Shown here one piece after another: positions 5,409 to 7,110 of a stretch of 7,110 nucleotides of DNA (positions are counted from its first letter, which is position 1; every line of letters begins with the position of its first letter). The stretch lies in IMG/VR virus record IMGVR_UViG_3300002523_000001; one strand, 5' to 3'. The notes under the pieces were generated by a model, which worked only from the letters and a program-made list of their open reading frames with translations, was not told the DNA's origin and made no database searches. This DNA comes from a virus. The translations under genes were made by a program, and so were the position numbers.

Positions 5409-6244
5409 GCGATTCGCTCCAGTTTCCATGCAAACACCCGGCCCCGAACAAACGAAACCCGCCACGGCGAGGGCCAGAATTCGCCGGTGAGTTTGTCAAC
5501 GTAGCCGCCCAAAACCTTTCGAATATCGGCCAACGGGCCGAGTACTTCACGCGCTTCTTTCGGCGCTTTCCACCAGCGCAGTTCGCGCCTCGACTCTTCA
5601 TTGAGGCCGCCAACACCATGAGTGCGAAAGCCCTTCGGAAACGCCTCAGCCATCGCGCCGCAAAACTTCGACGCGTACTTCGCAAGATAGCCGACAGCGT
5701 TCCGGGCTTTCTCGATCTTGGTCATACCATGCGGCCACCAGCCACGCGCGTCAGGTTTACCCAGGTAGTACCCGCGCGGAATCCAGATCAAGAGGTGATA
5801 GTGGGGCCGCAATCGCTTGGTGAGTTCTCCGACCCAGAGATAACGCAAGCGCGAACGCCCGCGCCCCTTTCGTCGGTTAACGCGATCGAAATAGCCCCGG
5901 ATTCGTTTAACCAATTCGCTAACGTCACGAGGGCTTGCGTCACTTCCCTCTCGGTAGGTCGCGGTGAGCATGTACCACGCGCCACGGACCGAACCTTTCC
6001 GCGCTTCTTCGTCATGGAGCCTCGCTCCGGTGATGATGGATTTCCGAAGGCGCATCGCCCTGATGCGATGCCGGTCAAGTTCAACCGACACGCGGCAGAG
6101 GCGCGTGTCACTTGTTGAAGAAGGGACAAGCCCAAGGCTCGCTGCGCTCGCCTTCGGAAACTTCGCGGCGCAGAGAACCGGCGCGACCTCGGCAGTACGA
6201 AGCGCAGCAGCGGCCAGGAGCGCGTCACGATTGATGCAACTCAT
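5405..6244 (-). CDS. Rolling-circle replication initiator (HUH endonuclease, two-tyrosine phiX174 gpA-like type), 279 aa
   Basis: RCR motif 1 is WYMLTATY. Motif 2 (HUH) is RPHYHLLIW. Motif 3 is [10 protein letters not shown], compared with the phiX174 gpA active site YVAKYVNK. I chose the start at ATG 6244 because it overlaps the upstream stop as ATGA and has GAGGG 6 nt upstream. The track's 301-aa version starts at 6310, inside the zinc-ribbon gene. Confidence 0.88.
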   Translation of the reverse strand: MSCINRDALLAAAALRTAEVAPVLCAAKFPKASAASLGLVPSSTSDTRLCRVSVELDRHRIRAMRLRKSIITGARLHDEEARKGSVRGAWYMLTATYREGSDASPRDVSELVKRIRGYFDRVNRRKGRGRSRLRYLWVGELTKRLRPHYHLLIWIPRGYYLGKPDARGWWPHGMTKIEKARNAVGYLAKYASKFCGAMAEAFPKGFRTHGVGGLNEESRRELRWWKAPKEAREVLGPLADIRKVLGGYVDKLTGEFWPSPWRVSFVRGRVFAWKLERIA

Positions 6245-6423
6245 GCGATGCCCTCTTCGCACCACAAGCAGCGGCCGTCCTCGCTCAGAACCTCGTGGCA
6301 GACCGGGCACTCGTCAAAGTCAGCCACCGGCTCGCCGTTGTACGGGTCCTCAACGCCGCACTCCGGGCACTCGTCAAGCTCGGGGTCAAGTTCGGCCCCG
6401 CAGTAGTCGCACTCAGGAATCAT
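6241..6423 (-). CDS. Small, highly acidic zinc-ribbon protein, 60 aa, with four CxxC motifs
   Basis: The sequence is [60 protein letters not shown]. It contains CxxC at four places (two predicted Zn knuckle pairs), about 19 Asp/Glu and only 1 Arg plus 1 His. Its ATG shares a base with the upstream stop (TGATG), and its stop overlaps the Rep ATG (ATGA). An AGAGGAAGG Shine-Dalgarno is present. The upstream part of the 166-aa track ORF is R/G/P/C-rich off-frame junk. Confidence 0.65.
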   Translation of the reverse strand: MIPECDYCGAELDPELDECPECGVEDPYNGEPVADFDECPVCHEVLSEDGRCLWCEEGIA

Positions 6424-6617
6424 CAAACCTTCCTCTGCTCGCGATGTTGTGCAGCGCGCACCTCGCGCCTGGCGTTGCACACCAGCGCAGCGGCGCGATA
6501 GTCCGCGTCCAAGCGCTGGAAGCGGCGGAGACGGACGAAGCGGACGACCCCGGCAATACCGCCCACAACCAACGCAACAGCGATGATCAGCAGGACGACT
6601 GCAATAACGCTGCCCAT
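6423..6617 (-). CDS. Small membrane protein with a basic cytoplasmic tail, 64 aa. It is the first gene of the replication operon.
   Basis: The sequence is MGSVIAVVLLIIAVALVVGGIAGVV (TM helix) followed by RFVRLRRFQRLDADYRAAALVCNARREVRAAQHREQRKV. GC3 is about 70 percent by eye. It is translationally coupled to the zinc-ribbon ORF. A G-rich Shine-Dalgarno-like sequence lies upstream. Confidence 0.55.
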   Translation of the reverse strand: MGSVIAVVLLIIAVALVVGGIAGVVRFVRLRRFQRLDADYRAAALVCNARREVRAAQHREQRKV

Positions 6618-6618
6618 G

Positions 6619-6684
6619 CCCTACCCCTGCCCCCCCGCACCCCGAAGACCCGCCCCGGCCGGGGGGGGAAGAGCCGGGGGCGGG
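6619..6684 (-). other. GC-rich structured leader / intergenic element, combining a G-quadruplex motif with an imperfect hairpin and a palindrome
   Basis: The minus strand at 6643-6619 reads GGGG-TGC-GGGGGGG-CA-GGGG-TA-GGG, which is four G-runs with short loops, directly 5' of ATG 6617. On the plus strand, 6649-6659 (cccgccccggc) pairs with 6673-6684 (gccgggggcggg) with one bulge. Positions 6653-6664 (ccccggccgggg) form a perfect 12-nt palindrome. A run of eight G lies at 6661-6668. Confidence 0.5.
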
Positions 6685-6685
6685 A

Positions 6686-6704
6686 TGACCAAGGCCATTG
6701 GTCA
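6686..6704. promoter_or_regulatory. Inverted-repeat operator candidate TGACCAA-ggcca-TTGGTCA
   Basis: The arms are 7 bp and perfectly inverted, separated by 5 bp. The site lies just downstream of the predicted minus-strand -10, at roughly +2 to +20. The same TTGGTCA half-site recurs twice more within the next 50 bp. Confidence 0.55.
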
Positions 6705-6712
6705 CGAGGCAC

Positions 6713-6741
6713 TGTATAAAGGGCTTGGTCACCTCAGTCAA
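6713..6741 (-). promoter_or_regulatory. Sigma-70-like promoter for the replication/structural operon
   Basis: The minus strand carries TTGACT (6741-6736), a 17-bp spacer and TATACA (6718-6713). It lies about 95 nt upstream of the first minus-strand ATG and is flanked and overlapped by the TTGGTCA repeats. Confidence 0.5.
6715..6720 (+). promoter_or_regulatory. Possible -10 element (TATAAA, preceded by TG) for the repressor gene, overlapping the minus-strand -10 face to face
   Basis: TATAAA lies 33 nt upstream of ATG 6753. I found no convincing -35 at 16-18 bp spacing, which would suit an activator-dependent promoter but also means the call is weak. Confidence 0.3.
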
Positions 6742-6753
6742 GGGGCTTGGTCA
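6721..6753. promoter_or_regulatory. Two direct copies of GGGCTTGGTCA (6721-6731 and 6743-6753), 22 bp apart, as operator candidates
   Basis: This is an exact 11-bp repeat. One copy fills the spacer of the minus-strand promoter. The other sits just upstream of its -35 and ends on the A of the repressor ATG. The 22-bp spacing places both on the same face of the helix. Confidence 0.5.
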
Positions 6754-7110
6754 TGGAAATCGGAGAAATCATCGACCGCGCGAAAGCAGCCATCGGAGCC
6801 GAGAGCGACAGCGCGCTATCCCGCCACCTCGGACTCAGCCGAACCGCGGTAGGCAACTGGCGGTCAGGCGTCAGCCTGCCGGACCCGGTTTCCTGCGAGC
6901 GCTTGGCAGGACTGACCGGAATCCCGCTGGCACGGGTACTGGGAATCGTAGGAGAGGCCCGCGCTCACTCGCGCGAGGAAAAGGCCGTATGGCGCAAGCT
7001 GGCGGCCTCCGCCACCCTCCTAGCGCTGGTGGTGCTGGGAAGCGAGCAGCAGCCCGCACAAGCGGCAGAAATCGGCGTCGAGGCCGACTCGGTGTACATT
7101 ATGCGAAATC
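6753..7110 (+). CDS. CI-type helix-turn-helix phage repressor, 5' part. The ORF runs off the window end and continues at 102-220 after the overlap is collapsed, giving 158 aa in total.
   Basis: This ORF is not in the supplied track because it has no stop inside the window. My translation from ATG 6753 reads MEIGEIIDRAKAAIGAESDSALSRHLGLSRTAVGNWRSGVSLPDPVSCERLAGLTGIPLARVLGIVGEARAHSREEKAVWRKLAASATLLALVVLGSEQQPAQAAEIGVEADSVYIMRN... Position 6753 and position 20+7009 are in the same frame. The HTH pattern (LSRHLGLSRTAVGNWRSG..P......A..TG) is typical of phage CI-like repressors. An AAGGGG Shine-Dalgarno lies 7 nt upstream of the ATG. The gene is divergent from the replication operon, and operator-like repeats overlap its start. 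Confidence 0.7.
   Translation, partial: MEIGEIIDRAKAAIGAESDSALSRHLGLSRTAVGNWRSGVSLPDPVSCERLAGLTGIPLARVLGIVGEARAHSREEKAVWRKLAASATLLALVVLGSEQQPAQAAEIGVEADSVYIMRN
7010..7110. repeat. Terminal direct repeat, copy 2 (identical to 1-101)
   Basis: Same as copy 1. It implies a 7009-bp unit length. Confidence 0.97.

Larger units (their letters stand above)
1..7110. mobile_element. Complete filamentous phage (Inoviridae-like) genome unit. It is 7009 bp plus a 101-bp terminal overlap, and could be a circular replicative form, a circularly assembled contig or a tandem prophage.
   Basis: The gene set and order match the Ff/CTXphi/Cf-type inovirus plan: Rep, ssDNA-binding protein, small coat proteins, pVIII-like major coat, pIII-like, pVI-like, Zot/pI. 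All are on one strand, with a divergent repressor module. The exact 101-bp repeat at both window ends closes the circle and restores an ORF that is split by the junction. Confidence 0.85.

Noticed and set aside
5409-5465. N-terminal extension of the ssDNA-binding protein (the 114-aa version)
   Set aside because: The same logic applies. ATG 5408 has GGAG at correct spacing and an ATGA overlap with the Rep stop, and the resulting 95 aa fits G5P-type proteins.
6245-6310. N-terminal extension of Rep (the 301-aa version in the track)
   Set aside because: The extension would overlap the zinc-ribbon gene by 70 nt and has no Shine-Dalgarno. ATG 6244 has GAGGG upstream and forms an ATGA overlap, like the other junctions in the operon.
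5964-6719. 251-aa plus-strand ORF antisense to Rep, the zinc-ribbon gene and the 64-aa gene
   Set aside because: It is R/S/P/T-rich with no recognisable motifs. It spans three coupled minus-strand genes and runs through the promoter/operator region, so it is an off-frame artefact of high GC content.
6241-6741. 166-aa minus-strand ORF taken at full length
   Set aside because: The N-terminal 106 residues are G/R/P/C-rich junk. That start would lie inside the operator/promoter region and overlap the better-supported 64-aa ORF in another frame. Only the C-terminal 60 aa, from ATG 6423 with AGAGGAAGG upstream, looks like a real protein.
1-7110. Search for CRISPR arrays, tRNA/rRNA genes, IS elements or transposases, tyrosine or serine integrases, and toxin-antitoxin pairs
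   Set aside because: I saw no spaced short repeats, cloverleaf-like segments, transposase- or integrase-sized ORFs or catalytic motifs. Essentially all coding capacity is taken up by the phage genes listed.

Overview
The window is one complete copy of a small, GC-rich filamentous phage (Inoviridae-like) genome. Bases 1-101 are identical to 7010-7110, so the unit is 7009 bp and is either circular or tandemly repeated. No host flank, tRNA, rRNA, CRISPR array, IS element, integrase or pIV-type secretin is visible.

Gene layout:
- **Minus strand (6617 down to 1143):** one tightly packed operon whose genes are mostly joined by overlapping or near-abutting stop and start codons. In order: a 64-aa membrane protein, a 60-aa very acidic 4xCxxC zinc-ribbon protein, an HUH/YxxKY rolling-circle Rep, a 95-aa gV-like ssDNA-binding protein, a 67-aa minor-coat candidate and a 72-aa pVIII-like major coat protein. 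A textbook rho-independent terminator follows, then a 21-aa hydrophobic micro-ORF, a 440-aa cysteine-repeat pIII-like adsorption protein, a pVI-like protein and a Zot/pI assembly ATPase. A TraX-family membrane acyltransferase sits where gIV would normally be.
- **Plus strand:** a small lysogeny/regulatory module. It holds a CI-type HTH repressor ORF that wraps across the window junction, a 107-aa phage protein and a 129-aa membrane-anchored protein.

Most notable observations:
- The TraX-like gene is ATGA-coupled to zot.
- A dif-like XerC/D site lies inside the repressor ORF, and there is no integrase.
- The divergent switch region has TTGGTCA operator repeats over face-to-face promoters.
- A G4/hairpin-prone GC-rich leader precedes the replication operon.
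- An acidic zinc-ribbon protein sits immediately upstream of Rep.

All family assignments come from motif recognition by eye. No database search was run.
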